A DNA stretch of 64,000 nt from Chloracidobacterium sp. (GCA_015075585.1 JABTUB010000001.1:1914274-1978273); one strand, 5' to 3'; counted from the first letter of the stretch, positions 51,137-59,054 are shown. Translations and numbers: made by a program. The notes: generated by a model not told the origin, from the sequence alone.

Positions 51137-53518
51137 ATGCTCATGGCGTATTCATTGGAAACTCTTGAATTTGACGCGTTGCTTGAGATCGTTGCAAGCA
51201 ATGCTCAAACGCCGATGGGCGCGCGGCTTATATGTAAACTTCGTCCGTTCGCCGGTCGCCCCGTTCTCGAATCCGCCCTTGCGGCGATAACGGAGGCGAT
51301 CGTTATTAACGAAGAAAGTAAGGTTTCATGGAGCTTCAGCGGGCTGGCCGACCCGTCTGACGCAATCGCTCTTTTGCGGATAAAGAACACCTCGCTCGAA
51401 CCGAATTCATTGCTTGCTATCGCAGATCTATGCTCCCGGGCCCTTTATGCCCGCAGCATCCTGTATCCGGAAAAGGAGAATTGCCCTACACTTTGGCAGT
51501 TGATCGGATCGGTACCGCCGTCGATGCTTGCCGTTACCGAAAATATCCGCAGCATTATCCTGCCCGGCGGCGAGCTCAGCGATGATGCGTCGCCCGATCT
51601 CAAAAGGCTTCGCCGCGAAATTCACGTGCAGCGTTCAAGGCTTACGCACACATTGGAAGCCGCTATGAGAGCCGCCGGTGCTGCGATCCAAGATGAGCTT
51701 GTTACCATCCGCAACGACCGGTTCGTGATACCGGTAAAGACCGATCATCGCGGCAAGGTCAGCGGCGTAGCACACGGATTTTCGTCAAGCGGCCAAACCG
51801 TTTATGTTGAGCCGCTCAACGCCATCGAGGCGAACAATGAACTGCAAAGCCTCAAGAGCCAAGAAGAGCAAGAGGCCGCACGCATCATTTTCAGCCTTAC
51901 GGAATCGCTCCGGGCATCTTTGCCCGAGGTCGAGGCTGCCGCAGATGCGGTCGCTCGGCTCGACGCAGTAAAGGCTAAGGTCGAATTTGCTCGCCGCTTT
52001 AATGCGGTCGTTCCGGAGATAACTGAGAACACACTCAATATAATAGACGCCCGACACCCGCTGTTATTGAATGCCGGCGAAGTCGTGCCGAACACCTTCG
52101 GGTTGACGACAACACAGCCCGTTATGATCATCTCGGGAGCGAATGCGGGCGGAAAGACCGTCGTTCTTAAAACCGCCGGCGCTCTGAGCCTTATGGCGGT
52201 GTCGGGCCTGCCTGTTCCGGCGACCCACGCTCAAATACCGTTCTACCGCTCGATCTTGGCTGATATCGGCGACCATCAATCGCTTTCGGCAAATCTTTCG
52301 ACCTTCTCGTCGCATATGTCGAATATCGCCGGTATGATACGCGAGTGCAGGCCGCCGTCATTAGTACTCTTGGACGAGGCCGGCACCGGAACTGACCCGG
52401 ACGAAGGCTCGGCACTTGGCGTTGCGATCGTCGATCACTTTCGGTCGGCCGGTGCACAGGTGATAGCGTCAACACACTATCGCGGCCTAAAGGTCTATGC
52501 GGCGAATGACGAAGGCGTGATCAACGCCTCAGTCGAATTTGACGAGCGAACGCTGCAGCCCACCTATAAACTCCTGATCGGACAGGCCGGTGCATCGAGC
52601 GGCCTGGAGATCGCAAAGCGATTCGGCATCGCTCAAGACGTGATCGACGCTGCGCGTCGCAACCATGATACTGCAGCACAAAAGCTCGAACACTATCTGC
52701 GTCTTCTGCAAAATGAAACAAAGATCGTCCGCGACACGCGGCTGGCCCTGGAAGAGGAGCGTGAGGTTGTCGCCGTAAAATACGCCTCGATCGAAAATGA
52801 AGCCGCCCAAAAAGAAAAAACTCGCCAAAGAGAATTCGAGGCGGCCCTTGCATCTGCCGTTGATGATTTCGACCGGCAGTCGAAGGCGTTCTTACAAACT
52901 ATAGAGGACAAGGCCCTGAAGAATCGGCTTGAAAAGGAGCGGCGGTCGCGGAAAGCTGAGTTGAACAGGGCGGTGCTCTCCAAGATCGGCCAAACTCCGA
53001 TCCGGCAAGCAGGCCACGAGCGGGACGCCGCCGCGGAGCCTGCATCCTCAGATGCGATAAAGGTCGGCTCCCGCGTTATCACCTCGTTCGGTAACGTAGG
53101 CACGGTTGAGAAATTCGATGGTAAGTTGGCAGAGATCTTGGTCGGCAGCATTCGCCTGCGCGAGAAACTCAGCGATCTGCGTTTTGCGGACACTCCGCCC
53201 AAAAGCGATGTCGGCGAACTGAAAATGAAAAGGCCCGCGAACCCTGCTTTCTCCGTTGATGAGAATCGCAACGCGCCGATCGAGCTGAACCTGATCGGCA
53301 AGACGACCGCTGATGCCGAATACGAGCTTGACCGCTTCATCGACAATGCCTATTTGTCGCACACGCCGCGCGTGCGCATAATCCACGGCTTCGGCACCGG
53401 TGCCCTAAAGAACTATGTCCATCACTTCCTAAAGCAAAGCGACCTCATACGCTCATTTGAATTCGCTCCGCAAGACCAGGGCGGCCACGGTGCCACCATC
53501 GCCGTCATCGATCTGTGA
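51137..53518 (+). CDS. mutS2: Endonuclease MutS2 (MutS domain V + C-terminal Smr)
   Basis: GANAGGKTV Walker A, LLDEAGTGTDP and a C-terminal Smr domain (RIIHGFGTGALK). Start is ATG 51137 or 51143; the ORF extends to a TTG at 51113. Confidence 0.92.
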   Translation: MLMAYSLETLEFDALLEIVASNAQTPMGARLICKLRPFAGRPVLESALAAITEAIVINEESKVSWSFSGLADPSDAIALLRIKNTSLEPNSLLAIADLCSRALYARSILYPEKENCPTLWQLIGSVPPSMLAVTENIRSIILPGGELSDDASPDLKRLRREIHVQRSRLTHTLEAAMRAAGAAIQDELVTIRNDRFVIPVKTDHRGKVSGVAHGFSSSGQTVYVEPLNAIEANNELQSLKSQEEQEAARIIFSLTESLRASLPEVEAAADAVARLDAVKAKVEFARRFNAVVPEITENTLNIIDARHPLLLNAGEVVPNTFGLTTTQPVMIISGANAGGKTVVLKTAGALSLMAVSGLPVPATHAQIPFYRSILADIGDHQSLSANLSTFSSHMSNIAGMIRECRPPSLVLLDEAGTGTDPDEGSALGVAIVDHFRSAGAQVIASTHYRGLKVYAANDEGVINASVEFDERTLQPTYKLLIGQAGASSGLEIAKRFGIAQDVIDAARRNHDTAAQKLEHYLRLLQNETKIVRDTRLALEEEREVVAVKYASIENEAAQKEKTRQREFEAALASAVDDFDRQSKAFLQTIEDKALKNRLEKERRSRKAELNRAVLSKIGQTPIRQAGHERDAAAEPASSDAIKVGSRVITSFGNVGTVEKFDGKLAEILVGSIRLREKLSDLRFADTPPKSDVGELKMKRPANPAFSVDENRNAPIELNLIGKTTADAEYELDRFIDNAYLSHTPRVRIIHGFGTGALKNYVHHFLKQSDLIRSFEFAPQDQGGHGATIAVIDL

Positions 53519-53548
53519 AGCACATTCGCCTCGGTAACTGATTTCCAA

Positions 53549-53580
53549 CAAAAAAGGCCTTCATAACCCTATGAAAGCCT
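53549..53580 (-). terminator. Rho-independent terminator downstream of the tRNA-Pro fragment (may also stop mutS2 read-through)
   Basis: The minus strand reads AGGCTTTCAT-agggtt-ATGAAGGCCT followed by TTTTTT. It starts 8 nt after the CCA end of the tRNA fragment. Confidence 0.55.
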
Positions 53581-53587
53581 CAACAAC

Positions 53588-53636
53588 TGGTCGGGACGAC
53601 TGGATTTGAACCAGCGACCTCTCGCACCCCAAGCGA
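53588..53636 (-). tRNA. Truncated tRNA-Pro(GGG): 3' 49 nt only (anticodon-stem 3' part to CCA); probable att-site duplicate
   Basis: The reverse complement reads TCGC-TTGGGGT-GCGAG-AGGTC-GCTGG-TTCAAAT-CCAGT-CGTCCCG-A-CCA. No D-arm and no 5' acceptor strand (CGGGACG) is present in the adjoining sequence. Confidence 0.75.
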
Positions 53637-53928
53637 TTTGGGTAGGTTTCTATAATTTGTCAAAACTGCTCAAAACTTCTTAGAATCAACAACTTAACGG
53701 CTATCTCAATTCAACACTAATAAGCCATGATCAGCAACGCTGCAACCAACCTGCAACCAAGTTGGCCTATCGCAATCAATGTATCCGAGGCGAGCTATTT
53801 GCCAGAAGGACGGCATTCGCTCGCTCCATCAAGGAGAATATACCATAACCTATCCAATGCCAACCGCTCAATTTTTACTTCCAAGTCTCAACCCGAGGTC
53901 GTCGTCACAGACTCGTCCGTTGGGCCTC

Positions 53929-54633
53929 ATGTCTAATTTTGAAATGATGGAAAACGAGCGTCGGACTGCATCGCTCGTTGATAACATTTCAGCATTCACC
54001 TATTCTGAAAATGGTGTAGTTATGGCTTGTTGTGAGGATGATTGTGCGATAGAGGCGTTGCGGGAGAAGCAGAGTTCGACGCTAAAGATCGTGCTTGGGA
54101 TAAACGTCGTAATGTTTGCCGCGGGTATCGGTGCTGGCATTTACGCGGGTTCGAGTGCTCTGTTGTCCGATTCGCTGGACAATCTTGGCGATGCAATGAC
54201 GTATGGACTAAGCCTTTACGTTGTTTATAAGTCTTCTCAGGCGAAAGCACAGGTCGCTCTATTCAAGGGAGCCTTGATATTGCTAGCGGCTTTGATAGTG
54301 CTCGGACAGGTTATTTATAAATTGATGATTCCGGCGGTTCCGATTTTTGAAGTAATGGGCGTGGTCAGCGTTCTCGCTCTTGTTGGGAATTCGATCTGTC
54401 TTTATCTGCTCACACGACACAAGACGGACGACGTAAATATGAGTTCGGTGTGGGAATGTTCGCGTAACGATATTGCTTCGAATATCTCAGTCTTTGTCGC
54501 GGCCGGTGCGGTTTGGTTCACCCAGTCCGGCTGGCCTGACATTATCATCGCCCTCGCCCTTGTTGTACTTTTCTTGCGTTCGGCTTTTCGTGTCTTTTCA
54601 AACGCAAAGAGCGAACTTAAAACAGCCAATTAA
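53929..54633 (+). CDS. Short cation diffusion facilitator (CDF) family transporter lacking the cytoplasmic C-terminal domain
   Basis: TM2 motif LLSDSLDNLGDAMTYG and TM5 motif WECSRNDIASNISV, six TM helices, ending right after TM6. An N-terminal CCEDDC cluster is present. The start is uncertain (53779, 53857, 53929 or 54022). Confidence 0.8.
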   Translation: MSNFEMMENERRTASLVDNISAFTYSENGVVMACCEDDCAIEALREKQSSTLKIVLGINVVMFAAGIGAGIYAGSSALLSDSLDNLGDAMTYGLSLYVVYKSSQAKAQVALFKGALILLAALIVLGQVIYKLMIPAVPIFEVMGVVSVLALVGNSICLYLLTRHKTDDVNMSSVWECSRNDIASNISVFVAAGAVWFTQSGWPDIIIALALVVLFLRSAFRVFSNAKSELKTAN

Positions 54634-54685
54634 AATAAGAAACCCCGTCTGTTTCCAAACGGGGCTTCCAGTTTTTTAAGGATCT

Positions 54686-55096
54686 TTAGACAGCGGGTGT
54701 GTCTTTCTTTTCCTTATCTTTGTTACAGCAAGAGCAGTCGCAGCTTTTCGCTTCGGTTTTGGTGTCCTTAGCGTCGGCACTTGGGCCGCTAACCGCGTCG
54801 GCTTTCATCTTCATTGGACAAGATGCTCCGTCTGCCATCTTCATTCCGGACATCGTCGCGTGGTCTGATTTCTTCATTGGGCAAGAATCGCCCGTACAGC
54901 AATCACAATCGTCACAGCACGAAGCCGTTTCTTTGCTCGATGTATCTTTTTTCTTCATCGGGCATGAATCGCCACTGCAACAACAGCATGACACTGTCGT
55001 CGCGGACGAAATGGTAGTTCTAGTGAACGCAAATGCCGCAATAGAAAGTCCGAAAACCATCAATGCCGCAATCGCGAGTATCATTTTCCTTTTCAT
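54686..55096 (-). CDS. Secreted Cys/Met/Lys-rich repeat protein (16 Cys; DSCPMK x2 + ASCPMK x1), putative periplasmic metal-binding protein
   Basis: Signal peptide (ILAIAALMVFGLSIAAFA). Cys clusters CCCC, CCDDCDCC and CDCSCC, plus three repeats GDSCPMKKK / GDSCPMKKS / GASCPMKMK. AAGGAA RBS. Confidence 0.65.
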   Translation of the reverse strand: MKRKMILAIAALMVFGLSIAAFAFTRTTISSATTVSCCCCSGDSCPMKKKDTSSKETASCCDDCDCCTGDSCPMKKSDHATMSGMKMADGASCPMKMKADAVSGPSADAKDTKTEAKSCDCSCCNKDKEKKDTPAV

Positions 55097-55182
55097 GATA
55101 TGTGTTCCTTATGTTTAGAAATTATTAGTGCCGCCGAATGCAAAACTGCTCTCGGCATTGAATTGAGACGCTAATCTGCTTT

Positions 55183-55611
55183 CTAAATACGAAAGACACA
55201 GTTCCTTAAAAAGGTTCCATGCCTGTCCTGAACATGCGAGTGTAATGTCGTGAATGTAGGTAAAATACTTGCCGGAGTTGGGGGTGCGAACCTGACCGGC
55301 GAAACCTTCGGAGTTATCGCGACCTGCTCTTGGCCTTGTTCGATCTTTCGGGCTTTGTCGAAAACGGCCTGTAGAAAGCTACAGCACTCTACACGGCTTT
55401 CTCCCTTAAATTCGAAAACTGGACTCTTTTGATCAGCCTTCTTCGCCTTATTGCAATGCTCAGACTTCTTCGCCAAAGGGCAAGAATCTGCAGCCATTGC
55501 TTTCGCATTCATCGTCTGACAGCACAATAAGAATACAACGCCGCTCAACCACACCGCCATGAATCCGGTCAGCGCTTTGTGAACAATTTTATTGAAGTGC
55601 CACAATGCCAT
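55183..55611 (-). CDS. Membrane-anchored protein with DSCPLAKK motif (hypothetical, metal-related by context)
   Basis: 142 aa with an N-terminal TM (GFMAVWLSGVVFLLCC), then ADSCPLAKKSEHCNKAKK, which echoes the neighbouring gene's repeat, and an ECC pair. Confidence 0.5.
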   Translation of the reverse strand: MALWHFNKIVHKALTGFMAVWLSGVVFLLCCQTMNAKAMAADSCPLAKKSEHCNKAKKADQKSPVFEFKGESRVECCSFLQAVFDKARKIEQGQEQVAITPKVSPVRFAPPTPASILPTFTTLHSHVQDRHGTFLRNCVFRI

Positions 55612-55629
55612 AATACAGGTCTGAGAATA

Positions 55630-56250
55630 TCACGAATATGATTTTCGGCAGTAACAATAAATAAACTCCTGCGTAGTGCTGAACGGCGTGTTGTGAATTT
55701 CGGCGAGACTCTCGACGAGCTGAAACGGACGACCGAATTCGTTGTGCATAGTCTCTGGACTGTAACGCATCACGTCGAGGCCGCTGCATTTCTGTGGACC
55801 TTCCAAGCTGAACGACGCAACGATGATATGTCCGTCTGGCTTCAAGCTCCGCATCACGAGCTCGACATATTTGCGACGGTCGTCCTCAGCGGTTAAGAAG
55901 TGAAATACCGCCCTGTCGTGCCACACATCGAACTTCTCGACCGGAAGTTCTGCAGAGGTAACATCAGCGACAAACCAATCCACACCGTTTGCCTTCGCCC
56001 CAAGTCGCTCTTTGCTGCCGTCGATCGCGTTTGCGGAAATATCCAGAACTGAAACGTCGACGAATCCTGAGTCGAGTAGATCGTCAACGAGCGTAGAATT
56101 GCCGCCGCCTACGTCTATGATCGAGGCATCTTTGCCAACACCGGTGTTTGATATCAATCGCATCGATGTGTCGAGATGCTCTCGAAACCAACTCACTTCG
56201 TTGAGGCCTTTTGTCTGATAGACATTTTCCCAATGTTCTTTCCTACTCAT
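55630..56250 (-). CDS. Class I SAM-dependent methyltransferase
   Basis: HWENVYQTK...VSWF N-terminus and SAM motif I IIDVGGGNSTLVDDLL. ATG at 56250; the ORF track begins at a TTG at 56286. Confidence 0.8.
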   Translation of the reverse strand: MSRKEHWENVYQTKGLNEVSWFREHLDTSMRLISNTGVGKDASIIDVGGGNSTLVDDLLDSGFVDVSVLDISANAIDGSKERLGAKANGVDWFVADVTSAELPVEKFDVWHDRAVFHFLTAEDDRRKYVELVMRSLKPDGHIIVASFSLEGPQKCSGLDVMRYSPETMHNEFGRPFQLVESLAEIHNTPFSTTQEFIYCYCRKSYS

Positions 56251-56295
56251 AAGTCTGCTAGCCGGCCTAGGCCGTGACGACAGCAATGATTCTAT

Positions 56296-57426
56296 CTAAT
56301 TAATGAGACCTACCGTCGGACCGATCGGGATCGTCAAAGTAAAGGTCGTTAAGTCTGCCGAACGTTTTGCATTTAAGTGCCCGCCGTGTTGAGTCGCGAT
56401 TTTATGGGCAATTGAGAGCCCGAGCCCTATCCCTTTCTCCTTAGTGGTGAAAAACGGGTCAAAAATCTTTGAGAGATGCTTTGGGTCAACTCCGGAGCCC
56501 GAATCCGTAACCTCGACAATAAAATTGTTGTCGTGCTGAAACGTTCTAAACGTAAGGGTCTGATCTGCCCCGTTCGATTGATTCATTGCCTGCAGTGCGT
56601 TGATAGCTAAATTTAGTACCACCTGCTTTATCTGTTCCGCATCGACGAGAATCAGCGGAAGATTCTTCTGCAAATCTCGAATAACTGCAATTGACTGTGA
56701 TGCCGCCTGGTTTGCAATCAAACCTGTGATTGAGTCCACGATTTCGTTGAGATCAGTTGGCGTCTTAGACGGGGCGACGGGTCGTGCGAATCGTAGAAAC
56801 TCTCCGACCAGCTGGTCCAACCTATCTATTTCACCTTTGGCAAGACCAACAAACTCGCGCCGGGGACTGTCATTCGTTAACTCGTCCTCTAGTATCTCGA
56901 TAGCTCCTTTTATCGACGCCAGGGGGTTTCGGACTTCGTGAACGATGCCTGCTGAGAGTTCTCCGAGCGAGGCCAATTTTTCAGCCTGCAGTAGCTGTTG
57001 AAACGTTGTTTGCAACTCTTCGTAAGCTATTCTCTTTTCCTCCGCATTTCTTTCCGCACGTTCCCTGGATTTACGGAGACGGTCGCCAAGTGCTCCCATT
57101 ATTCCGCCAACGAGATTGAAGATCACAATTTCGGCATATTGGTTTATAGAATAATCAAAATGCCCGTGTTGCCAATGTAAATAAACATGGGGAGAGTAAA
57201 TGATGGTTGTAAAAAGAGATGCCGCAAGCCCGCCTCTGAGACCAAATATCAAAGCGGCAGCTATGATCGGTACGTAGTAGATCCGCTGATAGATCTCGTG
57301 CCAAACAATCTGATCAGTAGGCGTGAGAAAGTGAAGGACCGTAATGAGGATGATGACAACCGCAATGACGATCCAAACATACAAGCGGTTTCGAGGGGAG
57401 ATGATATTGAAGGTTTGCGTATCCAT
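56296..57426 (-). CDS. Sensor histidine kinase with a membrane-embedded N-terminal sensor (no periplasmic domain)
   Basis: Four to five N-terminal TM helices with a His-rich loop (HVYLHWQHGHFD), H-box HEVRNPLASI, and N/G boxes (LAINALQA, DSGSGV, GIGLGLSI). Confidence 0.88.
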   Translation of the reverse strand: MDTQTFNIISPRNRLYVWIVIAVVIILITVLHFLTPTDQIVWHEIYQRIYYVPIIAAALIFGLRGGLAASLFTTIIYSPHVYLHWQHGHFDYSINQYAEIVIFNLVGGIMGALGDRLRKSRERAERNAEEKRIAYEELQTTFQQLLQAEKLASLGELSAGIVHEVRNPLASIKGAIEILEDELTNDSPRREFVGLAKGEIDRLDQLVGEFLRFARPVAPSKTPTDLNEIVDSITGLIANQAASQSIAVIRDLQKNLPLILVDAEQIKQVVLNLAINALQAMNQSNGADQTLTFRTFQHDNNFIVEVTDSGSGVDPKHLSKIFDPFFTTKEKGIGLGLSIAHKIATQHGGHLNAKRSADLTTFTLTIPIGPTVGLIN

Positions 57427-58821
57427 CTATTCGTCCGAGATGCTGGAACCCGACTCCTCTAAACCGTACTTTTGTATGCGATAGATAAGAGCGCTTCGAG
57501 TAATCCCTAAATATTTTGAAGTTTGTGACTGATTGCCGTCATGCCGGAGAAGCGAGGTACGTATGATCTCCCGTTCTAAGGCTTCTAAACTTATCGGCTC
57601 GAAAGGCAGGTCAAACCACAATTCACTCTTCGTCGAAGACGGGTATTTTACGGTTTCCGGGACGTCGGTAAGAGTTAAATTATCGCCGTCCGAAAGGACC
57701 ACCATCCTTTCTACAAGATTCTCCAATTCGCGAACATTCCCCATCCACGGATAATCGAAAAATACCTTGAATACGTCCCGTCCTATCTTTGGCGGTCTCA
57801 TCCCATGTTTTGAAGCCGATCGGGTGACAAAATGTTCGGTCAATACCGGCAAGTCCTCTCGACGCTCCCGCAGCGGTGGCAGCGTGATTGGAACAACCGC
57901 AAGCCGGTAATATAGATCCTCGCGAAAGACATTTTCTTTTATCAGCTCTGGAAGGTTTTCGTTGGTGGCGGCAATTATTCGAGCATCTATCTTGCGCGGG
58001 CTGTTCTCGCCCAAACGTGTCACTTCCTGCTCCTGTAAAACCCTCAAAAGCCTTGTTTGCGATTGCAGAGGCATTGCACTTATCTCATCGAGAAATAAGG
58101 TTCCGCCGTTAGCTTCCTCAAATTTGCCCCTCGATTCTCCTACGGCCCCAGTGAACGCTCCCTTCTTATATCCGAACAGCTCTGCCTCGATTAGCGTCTC
58201 GGGAATAGCGGCACAGTTGATGGCGACAAAAGGTTTGTTTTTGCGGGTGCCGGAAAAGTGTATTCCTTTTGCGACCAACTCCTTCCCTGTTCCGGTCTCG
58301 CCTTCTATCAATACTGTTACATTTGTTTTTGACACTCTCTCAACCAGGTCAAAAACTTGCAGCATCTTTTCTGATGTTCCGACAACGTTCTCGATCCGAA
58401 ATTCCTCGTGAATCTGACGTCGCAGTCGGCGATTCTCCGCCAAGGCCGTGCCGTACTTTAATGCTTTCTCTACGGTGAGCAAAATCTCCTGTCGGTTGAA
58501 GGGCTTGGTAATAAAATCAAAGGCCCCACCACGCATAGCTTCGACCGCTGTATCGACATCTCCAAACGCGGTAATAACAATGATCGGTACTTCGCTGTTG
58601 ATCGCTGTTGCCTGCTGAACCAGCTGTGATCCAGATATTTTCGGCATTCGCCAATCGGTGATCACGCAGTCAACTTCCTCGGCCGAGAACAACTTGAGTG
58701 CATTACGTCCATCGCTCTCACTCATGACGACGTAACCAGCCTCGCTAAGTTGGAATTCGAGAACCCGACGCAATGAGTCGTCGTCATCAACTAGTAGAAT
58801 TTTGGCCGCAGACTTTGTCAT
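57427..58821 (-). CDS. Sigma-54-dependent Fis-family response regulator (NtrC/ZraR-like)
   Basis: REC domain (KILLVDDDD...DWRMP), AAA+ motifs (GETGTGKE, GAFTGA, ELFGY) and a C-terminal Fis HTH. Abuts the kinase gene. Confidence 0.92.
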   Translation of the reverse strand: MTKSAAKILLVDDDDSLRRVLEFQLSEAGYVVMSESDGRNALKLFSAEEVDCVITDWRMPKISGSQLVQQATAINSEVPIIVITAFGDVDTAVEAMRGGAFDFITKPFNRQEILLTVEKALKYGTALAENRRLRRQIHEEFRIENVVGTSEKMLQVFDLVERVSKTNVTVLIEGETGTGKELVAKGIHFSGTRKNKPFVAINCAAIPETLIEAELFGYKKGAFTGAVGESRGKFEEANGGTLFLDEISAMPLQSQTRLLRVLQEQEVTRLGENSPRKIDARIIAATNENLPELIKENVFREDLYYRLAVVPITLPPLRERREDLPVLTEHFVTRSASKHGMRPPKIGRDVFKVFFDYPWMGNVRELENLVERMVVLSDGDNLTLTDVPETVKYPSSTKSELWFDLPFEPISLEALEREIIRTSLLRHDGNQSQTSKYLGITRSALIYRIQKYGLEESGSSISDE

Positions 58822-58894
58822 GTCGATCTTATCTTAACGCAAACACCCATACAGTGCCCCGTCAAACATGTACGGCTCTTAACACTAGGAAATG

Positions 58895-59032
58895 TCATCC
58901 CTTCCCGCAACCGCAATCGTCGCCGCAGCTGGGTTTTGGGGAGAAGGCACGGCTTTTCTGAACCAGCGTTTTCGCGGCGAAGATAATCGCTCCAAGAATG
59001 ATTACGATCACAATGAAGTATTGAAGATCCAT
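58895..59032 (-). CDS. FeoB-associated Cys-rich membrane protein-like small ORF (45 aa), not in the supplied ORF track
   Basis: My own translation is MDLQYFIVIVIILGAIIFAAKTLVQKSRAFSPKPSCGDDCGCGKG. It has one TM and a C-terminal C-x3-C-x-C cluster. GAGGA lies 6 nt upstream of the ATG. It fills the gap between the DUF4198 gene and the response regulator gene. Confidence 0.6.
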   Translation of the reverse strand: MDLQYFIVIVIILGAIIFAAKTLVQKSRAFSPKPSCGDDCGCGKG

Positions 59033-59054
59033 AGAACGTCCTCAAACCGCAAGG

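Noticed and set aside
52693-53346. 217-aa minus-strand ORF inside mutS2
   Set aside because: It is antisense to the MutS2 C-terminal coiled-coil/Smr region and its product is Ser/Arg-rich and low-complexity.
53588-53665. Possibility that this is an intact tRNA gene
   Set aside because: Only the 3' 49 nt fold as tRNA. The upstream sequence lacks a D-arm and cannot pair with the acceptor 3' strand CGTCCCG.
53727-53936. 69-aa plus-strand ORF between the att junction and the CDF gene
   Set aside because: It has no RBS, no recognisable features, and overlaps alternative starts of the CDF frame. It is more likely non-coding regulatory DNA.
55115-55135. GTGCC...GCAA elements upstream of the Cys-rich gene that superficially resemble a sigma54 promoter
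   Set aside because: The order and orientation of the two half-sites are inverted relative to what a minus-strand -24/-12 promoter requires.
55597-55602. TGGCAC (sigma54 -24-like hexamer) on the minus strand
   Set aside because: It lies within codons 4-5 (Trp-His) of the 142-aa CDS and has no TTGC at the proper -12 spacing.
58818-59045. 75-aa minus-strand ORF from the supplied track in the DUF4198/response-regulator gap
   Set aside because: It has no protein-like features and overlaps the response regulator start codon. The 45-aa ORF in a different frame (58895..59032) has an RBS, a TM helix and a Cys cluster, and explains the gap better.
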